A stretch of DNA of 64,000 nucleotides from Sphingomonas sp. (GCA_037200705.1 JBBCID010000011.1:248148-312147); one strand, 5' to 3'; positions 20,832 to 33,448 are shown, numbered from the stretch's first letter. Numbers and translations: made by a program. The notes: a model not told the origin generated them from the sequence alone.

Positions 20832-22351
20832 GCGAAGGCGGCACATACAGCGTCGCGCTGCTCGAGGCGGGCGGGCGCAACACCGGACTCAAGACGATCG
20901 CCCCCGGCATGATGCCCTTCCAGGGCCCCAAGACCAACTGGGCGTTCGAGACGGTGCCGCAGCCCGGGCTCGACGGGCGGCGTGGATACCAGCCGCGCGG
21001 GCGCGGCCTGGGCGGATCGAGCGCGATCAACGCGATGCTCTACATCCGCGGCCATCCGCGCGATTACGACCAATGGGCCGAGCTCGGCTGCACCGGCTGG
21101 GACTGGGAGGCGGTGCTGCCCTGGTTCAGGGCGATCGAGCACAACACGCGCGGCGCCGATGCCTTCCACGGCGACAGCGGCCCCTTGTGGGTGAGCGACC
21201 AGGCGTTCGCGCACCGTGGGAGCAAGGCCTTCCTCGCCGCCGCCGCCAATCTCCAGATCCCGGTCAACCCCGATTTCAACGGCGCGCGGCAGGAAGGCGT
21301 CGGCATCTATCAGGTGACCCAGTGCCGCGGCGAGCGCTGGACCGCCGCGCGCGCCTATCTGGGCGACGCCGGCCGGCGTCCGAACCTCGAGATCCTGACC
21401 GACGCGATGGTCGAGCGCGTGCTGTTCGAGGACGGGCGCGTGTGGGGCGTCGCCTATCAGCGCGACGGCCAGGCGCGGATGATGCGCGCGCGGCGCGCGG
21501 TGGTGCTCGCCGCCGGCGCGTTCCAGACGCCGCAGCTGCTGATGCTGTCGGGGATCGGACCCGGCGAGCATCTGCGCGAGTTCGGGCTGGCGGTGCGCGT
21601 CGATCGCCCGGCGGTCGGCGCCGACCTGCAGGATCATATCGACTATGTCGCGGCGTTCGAGACCAAGGGCAGCTTCTTCGCCGGGCGCTCGGCGACGGGG
21701 ACGCTCAAGTCGCTGGCGGCGCTGGTCCGCTGGCTGGCGGTCCGCCGGGGGGCGATGACCTCGCCCTATGCCGAAGCCGGCGGGTTCCTGAGGACCGATC
21801 CCTCGTCCGCGATCCCCGACGTCCAGCTCCATTTCCTGATCGCGATCGTCGAGGATCACGGCCGCGCCAAGGTGAAGGGGCACGGCTTTTCCTGCCACGC
21901 CTGCGTGCTGCGCCCCGAGAGCCGGGGCAGCGTGCGGCTCCGGTCGCTCGATCCGCATGCGCCGCCGCTGATCGATCCCGCCTTCCTCAGCGCGCCCGCC
22001 GACATGGCGGTGCTCAAGCGGGGGGTGCGCGCGATGTATCGCATCCTCGAGGCGCCGCCGATGGCGGACTATCGGGGCCGCGACCGCTATCCGATCGACC
22101 TCGCCGACGATGCGGCGCTCGAGCGGCTGATCCGCGCGCGCGCGGACACGGTCTACCACCCGGTCGGGACCGCGCGGATGGGCTCGGACGAAGGCGCGGT
22201 ATGCGATCCCCGGCTCCAGGTGCGCGGGGTGGAGGGGCTGTACCTCGCCGACGCCTCGGTGATGCCGCGGCTGATCGGCGGCAACACCAATGCGCCGAGC
22301 ATCCTGATCGGCGAGCGCTGCGCGGCATTCGTGCGCGAAGATCTGGGCTAA
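20765..22351 (+). CDS. GMC-family oxidoreductase
   Basis: GGGSGG, GLGGSSAINAM, TVYHPVGT, GNTNAPSI. Confidence 0.95.
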   Translation: MEEADIVVIGGGSGGSAAAGRLSEGGTYSVALLEAGGRNTGLKTIAPGMMPFQGPKTNWAFETVPQPGLDGRRGYQPRGRGLGGSSAINAMLYIRGHPRDYDQWAELGCTGWDWEAVLPWFRAIEHNTRGADAFHGDSGPLWVSDQAFAHRGSKAFLAAAANLQIPVNPDFNGARQEGVGIYQVTQCRGERWTAARAYLGDAGRRPNLEILTDAMVERVLFEDGRVWGVAYQRDGQARMMRARRAVVLAAGAFQTPQLLMLSGIGPGEHLREFGLAVRVDRPAVGADLQDHIDYVAAFETKGSFFAGRSATGTLKSLAALVRWLAVRRGAMTSPYAEAGGFLRTDPSSAIPDVQLHFLIAIVEDHGRAKVKGHGFSCHACVLRPESRGSVRLRSLDPHAPPLIDPAFLSAPADMAVLKRGVRAMYRILEAPPMADYRGRDRYPIDLADDAALERLIRARADTVYHPVGTARMGSDEGAVCDPRLQVRGVEGLYLADASVMPRLIGGNTNAPSILIGERCAAFVREDLG

Positions 22352-23175
22352 AGCGTGCGATCAACGACTACTGGCGTCGCCACTCCTGTCGGCGGGATGA
22401 ACCGCAGCACAAAAGTGCCGTCCTTCCGCGCCATCGGTGCGATACCGCACCCCGCACAGGACGTCGCCGAACATCTCGGCATAGTATCGCGTGCCGTTGG
22501 CATATTCCCACGACACTTCCGGCCCGTTCTGAGTCCAGGCTCCCCGACATTGTCACCCTGCCGAAAGGTGTGATCGGCATTGAACACCCCGTTCTGATCT
22601 CCGGCGCGCCACGCCACTCTCCCTCTCCATGCGCCCGTTAGAGCCATCCATGCGCGAACACGCGTTCGGGCCATTTCGCCAATCGAGTAGGGGCAGGAAT
22701 CGACGACGTCGTCGCGGCCCTCGCCCGCCGGGCTCTTGGCGGCTGGAGGCGCAACAGCCTCGGGCGCCTCGGCCCTGGTTGGCGGAGCCCGATCGGCCCG
22801 GTCCGGCAGCCTGTAGTCGGTCCGGGTCAGCTGGAAGACTGCGGCACTGGTCTCGCTGTCACCGTAGCGAATGCCGCACAGCGTCTTGCCGATCCGCCGT
22901 GCCTGGGATCGGGGTCCCCCCGTGATCCGAATCTCGTAGAGCACACCGTTGGGTGTCCAACTCCCGGTCTTGTCGCCCGCAACCAACTCTCCGTCCGGAT
23001 AGATGTCCCATTGCAAGGACTCTTCGCCAATCTTCCCCGCCCAGCGACCGCCAAGGATCGCACGCTCGTCTCCGTCATTCACGCCTGCGCAGGCAATCTT
23101 TGATGGTCGGCACGGGGCGTGCCTGCGGTATAATGGTCGCGAGCTGATCACGGAGAACGTAGGCGGGGATAGCAC
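22348..23175 (-). CDS. Hypothetical protein (probably frameshifted)
   Basis: 275-aa ORF with atypical codon usage; two beta-rich segments joined by a Pro/Ala linker. Confidence 0.45.
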   Translation of the reverse strand: MLSPPTFSVISSRPLYRRHAPCRPSKIACAGVNDGDERAILGGRWAGKIGEESLQWDIYPDGELVAGDKTGSWTPNGVLYEIRITGGPRSQARRIGKTLCGIRYGDSETSAAVFQLTRTDYRLPDRADRAPPTRAEAPEAVAPPAAKSPAGEGRDDVVDSCPYSIGEMARTRVRAWMALTGAWRGRVAWRAGDQNGVFNADHTFRQGDNVGEPGLRTGRKCRGNMPTARDTMPRCSATSCAGCGIAPMARKDGTFVLRFIPPTGVATPVVVDRTL

Positions 23176-23222
23176 CCGCGAAAAAAAGTGTCATCCGCCA
23201 GCGCGCGCGGACAAGCCGGCGC

Positions 23223-23453
23223 TTACGGCGCGGCGCCGATCCCTCCAAATAGCTGCTCGGGACCGAAGCCGCCGATTCCAATTGAGACGCGCGATCGCGC
23301 CGCGTGAATCGCCGTGCTAGCCACGCCCACAGGCGGTTTGCTGGGCCTCCTCAGCATTCGAACGAATGCCGGAATGCCCGCCATCAGCGCGCCGATCGCG
23401 CCGATCGCAGTCCATGTTTCAATGCTGGTCGTCTTCGCCCCCTCGGAGATCAC
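23223..23453 (-). CDS. Possible small membrane protein
   Basis: 76-aa ORF with one hydrophobic helix followed by basic residues. Confidence 0.3.
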   Translation of the reverse strand: MISEGAKTTSIETWTAIGAIGALMAGIPAFVRMLRRPSKPPVGVASTAIHAARSRVSIGIGGFGPEQLFGGIGAAP

Positions 23454-23580
23454 AGCCAGATTCGCACGGCTATAGTAACACTCCCCGCAAACCTAGCCAT
23501 AGGTCTTCGCTGGGCCGGGCACCAAAAATGGGCCGACGCTTTCGCGCCGGCCCAAGTCGTCCGCAGGAGGAACCTCGTTG

Positions 23581-23615
23581 GACGCCGCACCGTCAGAGAG
23601 GTGCGGTGCGGCGCC
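23581..23615 (-). terminator. Hairpin downstream of amtB
   Basis: CGCCGCACCG...CGGTGCGGCG inverted repeat immediately after the stop codon. Confidence 0.5.
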
Positions 23616-23623
23616 CGAGCTCG

Positions 23624-25077
23624 TCAGTAGTTGTAGGCCCGTTCGCCGTGCGCGCTGATGTCGAGGCCTTCCCTGCTCGACTTCGACGCTCGGCCGGATG
23701 CCGATCGTGTATTTGAGGATCAGGAACAGGACCAGCGACACCCCGCCCGACCAGATCAAGGTGGTGAGGATCGCCTCGAGCTGGACCATCAGCTGCGAAG
23801 CGATGCTGTAGTCCGCCGGCGCCACCGCGACGCCGGGGAACTTGGTATAGTCGAAATAGCCCTGGCCGCCGAGCTTGGGGTCGGCGACGATCGCCGTCCC
23901 GAGCGCGCCGACGATGCCGCCGATGCAGTGGACGCCGAACACGTCGAGCGAGTCGTCGTACTTGAAGACGTTCTTCACCGTGGTGACGAAGAAGAAGCAG
24001 ATCGGCGAGACCACGAGGCCGAGCACCACCGCGGTCATCGGCGGCCGCGAACCCCGAGGCCGGGGTGACCGCGACCAGGCCCGCGACCGCGCCCGAGACC
24101 GCGCCGAGCAGCGACGGCTTGCCGTGGATCACCTGCTCCACGATCGCCCAGGAGACCGCCGCGGCCGCGGTGGCGACGAAGGTGTTGAATGAACGCCGTG
24201 GCGGTGACACCGTTGGCCTCGAGGTTCGAACCCGCGTTGAACCCGAACCAGCCGACCCACAGCAGCGAGGCCCCGATCATCGTCATCGTCAGCGAGTGCG
24301 GCGGCATCGGCTCGGTCTTGGAGCCGGTGCGCTTGCCGATCACGAGGCAGCCCATCAGCCCGGCGATGCCGGCGTTGATGTGGACCACGGTGCCGCCCGC
24401 GAAATCGAGCGCGCCCTTCAGGAACAGACGGCCTCCGTCGGTCGGCGCGTCGGGAAGGAAATCCGGGCCCGCCCAATACCAGACCATGTGCGCGATCGGG
24501 AAATAGACGATCGTCATCCACGCGACCATGAAGATCATCAGCGGCGTGAACTTCACCCGCTCGGCGAACGCGCCGACGATCAGCGCCGGCGTGATGCAGG
24601 CAAAGGTCATCTGGAAGCAGATGTACGCATATTCGGGAATGTAGACGTTGTTCGAGAAGGTCGCGGTATAGGTCGAGGCGCTGACCCCGTTGAGCAGCAC
24701 CTTGCTGGTGCCGCCGACGAGCGGCGCGAGGAAGCTTCCCCATTGCGCGCCCGAGGTGAAGGCTTCCGAATAGCCCCAGGTGACCCAGACGAGCGTGGCG
24801 ATGCAGACGATCATCAGCACCTGCATCAGCACCGACAGCATGTTCTTGGTGCGGACCAGGCCGCCGTAGAACAAGGCGAGGCCCGGAACCGACATCATCA
24901 ACACCAGCGCCGCCGAGGTGAGCATCCAGGCGGTGTCGCCCTTGTTGCCTCATCGTCGCCTGCGCGGCGGCGTCGGGCGCCTTGACGAGCGCGCCCTGCG
25001 CCCAGGCGGGGCAATGCCGCGAACAGGGCCGCGGCGACTCCCGCCGCGCCCGCGATCTTGTGACTATGCTTCATCAT
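23624..25077 (-). CDS. amtB: Ammonium transporter (multiple frameshifts)
   Basis: [45 protein letters not shown]. Confidence 0.95.
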
Positions 25078-25088
25078 TACCCCCTTGC

Positions 25089-25571
<483 letters not shown>

Positions 25572-25578
<7 letters not shown>

Positions 25579-25776
25579 GGCTCGTCCTTGATTTTGCGTG
25601 GCCGCCGCGAGGTCGCTGTCGTCGACCATGACGCGGACCGGGATGAGGAAGCGGCTGCCGTCGGCGATGCTCGCGCCGCCGTCGAAGGCGAAGGCGGGGA
25701 TGCCGTCGGATTCGAGCCGCGAGACCAGGATCTGCGCTTCGAAATAGTTGAAGCGGCCGAGCTCGACGAGCGCCAT
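25572..25776 (-). CDS. DUF2007-domain protein
   Basis: EAQILVSRLESDGIPAF...VRVMVDDSDL; frameshift near the 3' end. Confidence 0.75.
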
Positions 25777-26331
25777 CAGGAGGGGACCTGGGTCGGGTTG
25801 CGGCCAGCAGGCCGTCGATGCTCGCGGGTGCGCGCCGCATATTTGCCGAAGCGGGTCCTCGTCGCTCGAACCCGCGTGATATTTGCTCAGCGTCTGGCGT
25901 TCGCGCTCGAAGCGCATGTGGGGCACGCCCCAGCCGCACGAGGTCTGGACGCTCTCGACCGTCACGACGAAGATCTGGCGCGTGCCCGGGAGCAAGGTGA
26001 ACCGCCGTGCAAGATCGCCCCAGCCCCGGGTCCTGCGGCAGCACGGGCGTGCCGCGGCCATAGAGGCGCAGGATCAGCGCCGGGCTCTCGAACGCGCAGA
26101 ACATGATCGTGATGCGCCCGTCGGCGAGCAGATGCGCGTTGGTCTCGTTGCCCGAGCCGGCGACGTCGAGCCAGGCGATGGTGCTGGCGTCGAGCACGCG
26201 GAAGCTGTCCCATCCCCTTGGGGCTGAGGTTGATCCGCGCCGCCACCGCCGCGGTGGCGACGAAGAAGACCGGCTGGCGCGCGATGAAGGCGCGGTGGTC
26301 TTCGCCTGAGTTCATTCGAGAATTCGGACAT
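25776..26331 (-). CDS. Pyridoxamine 5'-phosphate oxidase-family FMN-binding protein (frameshifted)
   Basis: FFVATA, INLSPKG, GSGNETNAHL, SVQTSCGWGVP across several frames. Confidence 0.85.
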
Positions 26332-26410
26332 CATCGCCCCGCCTTCTGCCCCGCGCGACTGTAGCGTTCGGGGCGCCGCCACGCTAGCGTGGCGCAAGGA
26401 GGCCGGGGCA

Positions 26411-26748
26411 ATGCTGGTATTCTGGTGGACGGGTAAGGGCTTCTGGACGATCCTGCTCGTCTTCCTTGTCGGGGTGGTGGTGGCGGCGATCCAGGGCGCG
26501 CTGGGCGGAATTGGATCCGGCGGACCGTGGTTCGCGGTAAGCCGTTCTGGCGATCGCGGCAAGGGGCCAATTGGATTGTGGGCAGTCGTCTCAACGCCGC
26601 CAGCCGAGCACGGCTGAGGCCGTCCGGCGTGTGGAAGCGCCTGACCTATCGCCCCCGGAACCGGTTCATGTCGCTGCCCATGGAAAGTTGGTCAGTCGCG
26701 ATGGTGCTCGTCAGTGCGGCGCTGGCGCTTCGCGGCATCACCGGCTGA
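26411..26748 (+). CDS. Hypothetical membrane protein (frameshifted)
   Basis: AGGAGG RBS; MLVFWWTGKGFW...NWIVGSRLN...NRFMSLPMESWS. Confidence 0.6.
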
Positions 26749-26752
26749 GCAC

Positions 26753-27677
26753 TCACACGGCGCGGGGCTTTCGGGGAATGCCCGGCTCGCATTCGAGCGC
26801 GCGGCGATCCCAGTGGCCGAGGTCGGCGGCGGCGGCGTAGGTCGACTGGAGGAATTCCGCGAGCATGGATTCCGGATCGGGCGCCGCGCGAATCTGGTCA
26901 TAGTCGAGCAGCCATTCGCCGAGCGTCGCGTCGTAATAGGCGGGCGCCGGGATCGTGGCCTCGGCATAGCCCTCCGGCGCCGGATAGCCGTAGGCATAGA
27001 AGGCCGCCTTCGGGAAGGCGTCGCTGCCCGGCCAGAAGCCGGCGCTCGCTTCCTCGTGGCTATAGGCCTCGCAGGTGACCGCGTCGGGCAGGCCGGGGAA
27101 GCCGCCGGGATGCCGCGGCGCCACCCGCCCGAGAAACGCGTCACCGCGAGATCGAAGCTGCCCCAGAAGAAATGGACCGGGCTGGCCCTTGCCGAGGAAG
27201 CCGGTGCGATAGCGCTTGAAGACCTGATCGACGCGGCACAGCGCCGCATGGAAGGCTTCGACAGCGGCACGATCATAGGGGCGCGGCAGATGGTCGTCGG
27301 GGAAGCGCACCGGATCGGGGATTTCGTTGGGAAGCGTCGCGATCCGCACGGCGATGCCGAGATCGGCGAGCGCCGCCATCACGGCGCCATGGAAGTCCGC
27401 GACCGTCCCTGCGCCCAGCGGGACCGTGCGGAGGGCGTTCGCGGTGGCGATGCGCAAGGCGTGGCCGCGCAGGTCGAAGTCGATCTCGAACGGTCCCGCG
27501 CCGACGGGATCGGCGAGGTCGTCAGCCCGCGCGGGGTGACGTAGAGCGCGACGTGCCAGCCGTGGTTGAGCCACGGCGTCAGCGCGAGGCGCACCTTGCC
27601 GACGATCTGCGTCATCAGCTGGAGGTGGAGCGCGGTCTCGTGCCATGCGGCCAATCGAGCTCGGGCCAGCCGGTCAC
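26753..27677 (-). CDS. DUF5996-family protein (frameshifted)
   Basis: NHGWHVALYVTPRGLTT, SPVHFFWGSFDLAVTRFSG, EAYSHEEASAGFWPG. Confidence 0.85.
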
Positions 27678-29104
27678 GTCGCCGTTCCCCCCACCGTCAG
27701 CCCCTCGATCAGCAGCGTCGGCTGGCCGACGCCCCGCCGGGACCGACTGGCCGGCCTTGCCGCACATGCCGATCCCTTCGTCGAGCGCGAAATCATTGCC
27801 GATGCCGACCACCCTGGTGAGCACGTGGGGGCCGTCGCCGATCAGCGTCGCGCCCTTGATCGGCGCGCCGAGCCGGCCGTTCTCGATCGCATAGGCCTCG
27901 GTGCACGAGAAGACGAACTTGCCCGAGACGATGTCGACCTGTCCGCCGCCGAAGCTGCGCGCGAACACGCCCTTTTTGACGCGGCTGAGCAGCTCGGCGG
28001 GATCGTCGCCGCCGCCGCGCATGAAGGTGTTGGTCATGCGCGGCATCGGCGCGTGCTGGAAGCTCTCGCGGCGGCCGTTGCCGGTGGGCGCGACACCCAT
28101 CAAGCCGGGCATTGAGCCGATCCTGGAGATAGCCCTTGAGCACGCCATCCTCGATCAGGATGTTCTCCTGGGTCGGCGTGCCTTCGTCGTCGATCGACAG
28201 CGAGCCGCGCCGCTGGCCGATCGATCCGTCGTCGACCACCGTGACCCCCGCCGCGGCGACGCGCTCGCCGATCCGCCCCGAGAAGGCGCTGGTGCCCTTG
28301 CGGTTGAAATCGCCCTCGAGCCCGTGGCCGACCGCCTCGTGGAGCAGCACGCCGGGCCAGCCGGGGCCGCACAGCACGGTCATCTCGCCGGCGGGGGCGT
28401 CGACGGCGTCGAGGTTGACCAGCGCCTGCCTGAGCGCTTCGTCGACCGCGCGGTTCCAGGTGCCGGGCTCGAACAGATGGTCGTAGAGCGTCCGTCCGCC
28501 CATCCCGAAGCTGCCGGTCTCGCGGCGGCCGTTCGCCTCGACCACGATCGCGACGTTGAGGCGGACGAGCGGGCGCACGTCGGTGGCGACGAAGCCGTCG
28601 GGGCGGACGATCTCTACGACGCTCCACTGGCCGGTGAGCCCGACCGAGACCTGGGCGACGCGGGGGTCGCGCGCGCGGGCGGCGGCGTCGATCGTCTGGC
28701 AGAGGTTCACCTTGTCGGCGAAGGGGACGAGGTCGAGCGGGTCCTGGTCGGTGTAGAGATGGCGGTTGTTCTTGCGAGGCGGCGCGGCGCTGGGGCCGGT
28801 CGCGGGATCGAATCAGCGCCATCGTCTCGGCGGCGCGGCGGATCGCCTGCGGGGTGATCTCGTTGGCGTGCGCGAAGGCCGTGGTCTCGCCCGAGACCGC
28901 GCGCAGGCCAAAGCCCGACTGGGTGTCGTAGCTCGCGGTCTTCAATCGCCCGTCGTCGAAGCCGAACGCCTCGGTCTTGCGATACTGGAGATAGAGCTCG
29001 CCGTCCTCGGCTTGGCCCAGCGCCTCGGCGGTGAGCTTGATCGCGGTGCCGGGGTCGAGCGTGTCACGGTAGAGGAAGCCGCGCGGATCGGAGGGAAGCG
29101 TCAT
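27674..29104 (-). CDS. tldD: Metalloprotease TldD (frameshifted)
   Basis: GVLLHEAVGHGLEGDFNRKG, MPRMTNT, GMCGKAGQSVP. Confidence 0.95.
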
Positions 29105-29120
29105 GCGCTCCGATATAGGG

Positions 29121-29355
29121 CTACTGCGGGCTGGCGCCAGCCGGGATGTCGGGAAGCGTGGCCTGGTCGGCGCCGTCGGCGGGGCCGCCGATCAGCACGA
29201 AGCGCCGGTCGCAATAGCCGCAGTCGACATAGCCGTGCTCGTCGATCTGGAGGAATACGCGCGGAATGGCCGAGCGCGGCGGGGACGCCGGGGCCGCTCC
29301 CGTCGCAGGCGACGCGGGCATGGGAGACGCGGAGGGTTTCGGGCGGCGGGATCAT
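29121..29355 (-). CDS. zf-CHCC zinc-finger protein (frameshifted)
   Basis: VACDG...LGH(P)RVFL...CGYCDRRF. Confidence 0.85.
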
Positions 29356-29409
29356 CGCGCGGCGGGTAGCAAAGCGGGCCGCGCGAGACAATCGTCTTCG
29401 GCGCCGCGC

Positions 29410-29773
29410 TCAGGGCTTGGCGGCATAATCGTCGGCGCCGAAGGAAGTGGAGCGAGACATAGGGCTCGTCGCCCACCACCCACGAATCATGCCCCGGCGG
29501 CACATGAAACAGGTCGCCGGGGCGCATCTCGACGACATCGCCGTCGTCCATCGCTGCGGTCGCGCATCCCGAGAGCACCAGCCCGACGTGCTCGACATGG
29601 CAGCTCGCCGCGCCGGCCGCCGCGCCGACGTCGGCCGACCAGCGCCAGCCGGGCTGATAGGTCGCGCGGCCGATCGTCATTCCGCCCAGCCGGACGATCT
29701 CGAACCGCCCCTTCGCGAAGCTGCGCACCTCGTCGGGCGTCTCGAATCGCTTGAGCACGACCGCCATGTCCAT
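29410..29773 (-). CDS. Cupin-domain protein
   Basis: ATYQPGWRWS, CHVEHVG, PPGHDSWVVGDEP. Confidence 0.85.
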
Positions 29774-29876
29774 CGTCCACCCTCCATCGCCACGTTCGGC
29801 GCCGCTGATCCTGCCCGCCGCGCGCGAAAAGGGAAAGATGCTTGCCAGCCCCGGCGATTCGCCTAAGTCCGCTCGC

Positions 29877-30800
29877 ATGACCCAGGCGGCGATCGAGATC
29901 GATGGTCTGTGCAAGACCTATGCGGGCGGCAAACGCGCGCTGGATGGCGTCAGCTTCGACGTTCCGCGCGGGACGATCTTCGGGCTGCTGGGCCCGAACG
30001 GCGCGGGGCAAGTCGACGCTGATCAACATCCTCGCGGGGCTCGTCAACAAGACATCGGGCCGCGCGTCGATATGGGGATTCGACGTGGACGAGCATCCGC
30101 GCAACGCCAAGGCGTCGATCGGCATCGTCAATCAGGAGATATTGTTCGATCCCTTCTTCTCGCGCTCGAGACGCTCGAGATCCAGGCGGGGCTCTATTGC
30201 GTGCCCAAAGCGAGGCGCCGATCGATGGAGCTGCTGCGCGCGGTGCATCTCGAGGACAAGGCCAATGCCTATGCGCGCACGCTCTCGGGGGGCATGAAGC
30301 GCCGGCTGATGGTCGCCAAGGCGATGGTCCATTCGCCGCCGGTGCTCGTGCTCGACGAGCCGACCGCGGGGGTGGACGTCGAGCTGCGCCAGCAGCTCTG
30401 GGCCTATGTCCGCGAGCTCAACGGGCGCGGGGTGACGGTGGTGCTGACGACGCACTATCTCGAGGAGGCCGAGCAGCTCTGCGACCGGATCGCGATCATC
30501 AACCAGGGCAAATTGATCGCCAACGAGCCGACCCGTGCGCTGGTCGGCATGGCGCAGGAGAAGGTGGTCGAGGTGACGGTCGATCGCGACGTGCCGGCGG
30601 CGCCCGAGAATCTGTGCTTCCACAAGGTCGAGCTCAAGGGCATGCGGACGCTGGTGATCACCTATCGCAAGGACCAGGCGAACGCCGGCGAGGTGCTCGC
30701 CGCGGTCCAGCGCGATGGCTATGGCATCGTCGACGTCTCGACGCGCGAGGCCGATCTCGAGGACGTGTTCCTCAACCTCACCCGCGCCGCCAACGCCTGA
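29877..30800 (+). CDS. ABC transporter ATP-binding protein (YadG-like; frameshifted)
   Basis: GPNGAG(KST), LSGGMKRR, LDEPTAGVD. Confidence 0.9.
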   Translation: MTQAAIEIDGLCKTYAGGKRALDGVSFDVPRGTIFGLLGPNGAGQVDADQHPRGARQQDIGPRVDMGIRRGRASAQRQGVDRHRQSGDIVRSLLLALETLEIQAGLYCVPKARRRSMELLRAVHLEDKANAYARTLSGGMKRRLMVAKAMVHSPPVLVLDEPTAGVDVELRQQLWAYVRELNGRGVTVVLTTHYLEEAEQLCDRIAIINQGKLIANEPTRALVGMAQEKVVEVTVDRDVPAAPENLCFHKVELKGMRTLVITYRKDQANAGEVLAAVQRDGYGIVDVSTREADLEDVFLNLTRAANA

Positions 30801-30915
30801 GGCTCAGCCGATCGCGCGGCACGTTTCTCGGCATCCATCCGCCGAAGCTATCGCGCACGCTCGGGCCTGTACAGCCCGGCCCCTGGGCCTCTAATGCCGG
30901 GGCAGGGAGAATGGC

Positions 30916-32511
30916 TTGGCCGACGAACGCATCAGCGACATCCTCATCATCGGCTCCGGCGCCGCCGGCCTCACCGCGGCGATCAACCTCGCCGCGCGCT
31001 TCAAGGTGACCGTGCTCGCCAAGGGCGGGCTCGACGAGGGGGCGACCGCCTGGGCGCAGGGCGGGGTCGCGGCGGTGCTCGAACCCGGCGACCACGTTCG
31101 AAAGCCATATCGAGGACACGATGATCGCCGGCGCCGGGCTCAACGACCGCGCGACGGTCGAGTTCGTCGTCGAGGGGGCGCCCGCCGCGATCGACCGGCT
31201 CGCCAAGCTCGGCGTGCCGTTCAACGTCGCGCCCGAGACCAACCAGTGGCATTTGACGCGAGAGGGCGGGCACAGCCACCGCCGCATCGTCCATGTCGAC
31301 GACGCGACCGGATGGGCGGTGCAGCAGGCGCTGATCAAGGCGGCGCGCGCCAATCCCAACATCACCCTGGTCCCCCGACATGGTGGTGATCGACCTCGCC
31401 ACCAGCAGGCATGAGGCGCGCTATTCGGGCGCGGGCAACGTGTGGGGTGTCTATGCCTCAACCGCGCGACCAACCGCGTCGAGCTGTTCACCGCGCGCGC
31501 TACGATATTGGCGACGGGGGGGCGCCGGGCGCACCTACCTCTTCTCGACCGCGCCGCGCGGCGCGACCCGGCGACGGGATCGCGATGGCCTGGCGCGCGG
31601 GCTGCCGCATCTCGAACATGGAGATGATGCAGTTCCACCCGACCTGCCTCTACGATCTCGACGTCAAGAACTTCCTGATTACCGAGGCAGTGCGCGGCGA
31701 GGGCGGGCGGTTGAGGATCCCGGGGACGGGATACCGCTTCATGCCCGATTTCGACGCCCGCGCCGAGCTGGCGCCGCGCGACGTGGTGGCGCGCGCGATC
31801 GATCATGAGATCAAGCGGCTCGGGCTCGATTATGTCCATCTCGACATCAGCCATATGCCGCCCGAATTCGTCCGCGAGCATTTCCCGACGATCCACGCGC
31901 GGCTGCTCGACCTGGGCATCGACATGACCAAGGAGCCGATCCCGGTGGTGCCCGCGCAGCATTATACCTGCGGCGGCGTGGTGATCGATCGCGACGGGCG
32001 CACCGATCTGCCCAATCTCTATGCCGCGGGGGAAGTGAGCCAGTCGGGGCTTCACGGCGCCAATCGCCTCGCCTCCAATTCGCTGCTCGAATGCTTCGTG
32101 TTCGGCGAGAGCGCGGCGAACCACATCGCCGCGCATTGGGACGACCTGCGCCCCCCGCCCGCGATCCAGCCCTGGGACGAGAGCCGCGTCACCGATTCGG
32201 ACGAGGAAGTCGTCATCAAGCAGAACTGGACCGAGATCCGCCGCTTCATGTGGAATTACGTCGGCATCGTGCGCAGCACCAAGCGGCTCGAGCGCGCGGC
32301 GCACCGCATCAAGATGCTGCGCGAGGAGATCGGCGACTATTACGGCCATTTCCGCGTGACGCCGGACCTGATCGAGCTCAGGAACCTGCTCGAGGCGGCC
32401 GACCTGATCGTCAAATCGGCGCTCCACCGCAAGGAGAGTCGGGGCTTGCATTTCACGCTCGATTATCCGGCCGCGCTGCCCGAGGCGGTCGACACGATCC
32501 TGGTCCCCTGA
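30916..32511 (+). CDS. nadB: L-aspartate oxidase (frameshifted)
   Basis: [37 protein letters not shown]. Confidence 0.95.
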
Positions 32512-32517
32512 GGCGGC

Positions 32518-33215
32518 TCAGGGCGCGGGCAGCGCCCAGTCGATCGGCTTTTCGCCGCGGCTTTCGAGGAAAGCATTGGCCTTGGAGAAATGCCCGGAGC
32601 CGAAGAAGCCGCTGTGCGCCGAAAGCGGCGAGGGATGCGGCGCCCTGAGCACGAGGTGCCGCCCGCCGCGATCGATCGAATCGACGAACGCCGCCTTCTT
32701 CTGCGCATGGCTGCCCCAGAGCATGAACACCACCGGCTCGGGCCGCGCGTTGACCAGCCGGATCACCGCGTCGGTGAAGCGCTCCCAGCCGCGCCCCTGG
32801 TGCGAGGCCGCGGCGCCCATCTGGACGGTCAGCACAGCGTTGAGCAGCAGCACGCCCTGGCGCGCCCCAATGCTCGAGGAAGCCGTGGCGTGCCGGCGGG
32901 ATGCCGAGATCGGCCTCCATCTCCTTGTAGATGTTGACCAGGCTCGGCGGAGGGCGGACCTCTGGGCGCACCGAGAAGCACAGCCCGTGCGCCTGGCCGG
33001 GGCCGTGATAGGGATCCTGCCCGAGGATCACCACGCGCACCTCCTCGAGCGGGGGTCAAGTCGAGCGCGCGGAACCATTCGCTCCCGGCGGGGAAGATGC
33101 GCCTGCCGGCCTGCTTCTCCGCGACAAGGAACTGGCGCAGCGCCGCCATATAGGGGCTGGCGAACTCTTCGGCGAGCGGGGCGAGCCAGCTCGGGTGCAG
33201 CTTGACTTCGGGCAT
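32518..33215 (-). CDS. ung: Uracil-DNA glycosylase family 1 (frameshifted)
   Basis: [29 protein letters not shown]. Confidence 0.95.
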
Positions 33216-33264
33216 GGCGCCGATGTCCCGCAATCGCGGGCGCGGTGTCAATGCCGGGCGCGGG

Positions 33265-33448
33265 TCAGTCCTTGTGCTCGGGCTTCCCCTTGCGCTTGGT
33301 GTGCGCCATTTTTTTCGAGCTCCTTTTCGGTCATCGATTTCTCCATCCCGCGGGACGCGCCCTTGAGGCTGGATTTGGGCGTGTCGCCGCGCTTCGCCGA
33401 GAGGGCGGCGCCGGCGGCCTTCTGCTGGGCGGCGGATTTTGCGGGCAT
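33265..33448 (-). CDS. DUF3008-family protein
   Basis: MPAKSAAQQKAAGAALSAKRG...SMTEKELE. Confidence 0.85.
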
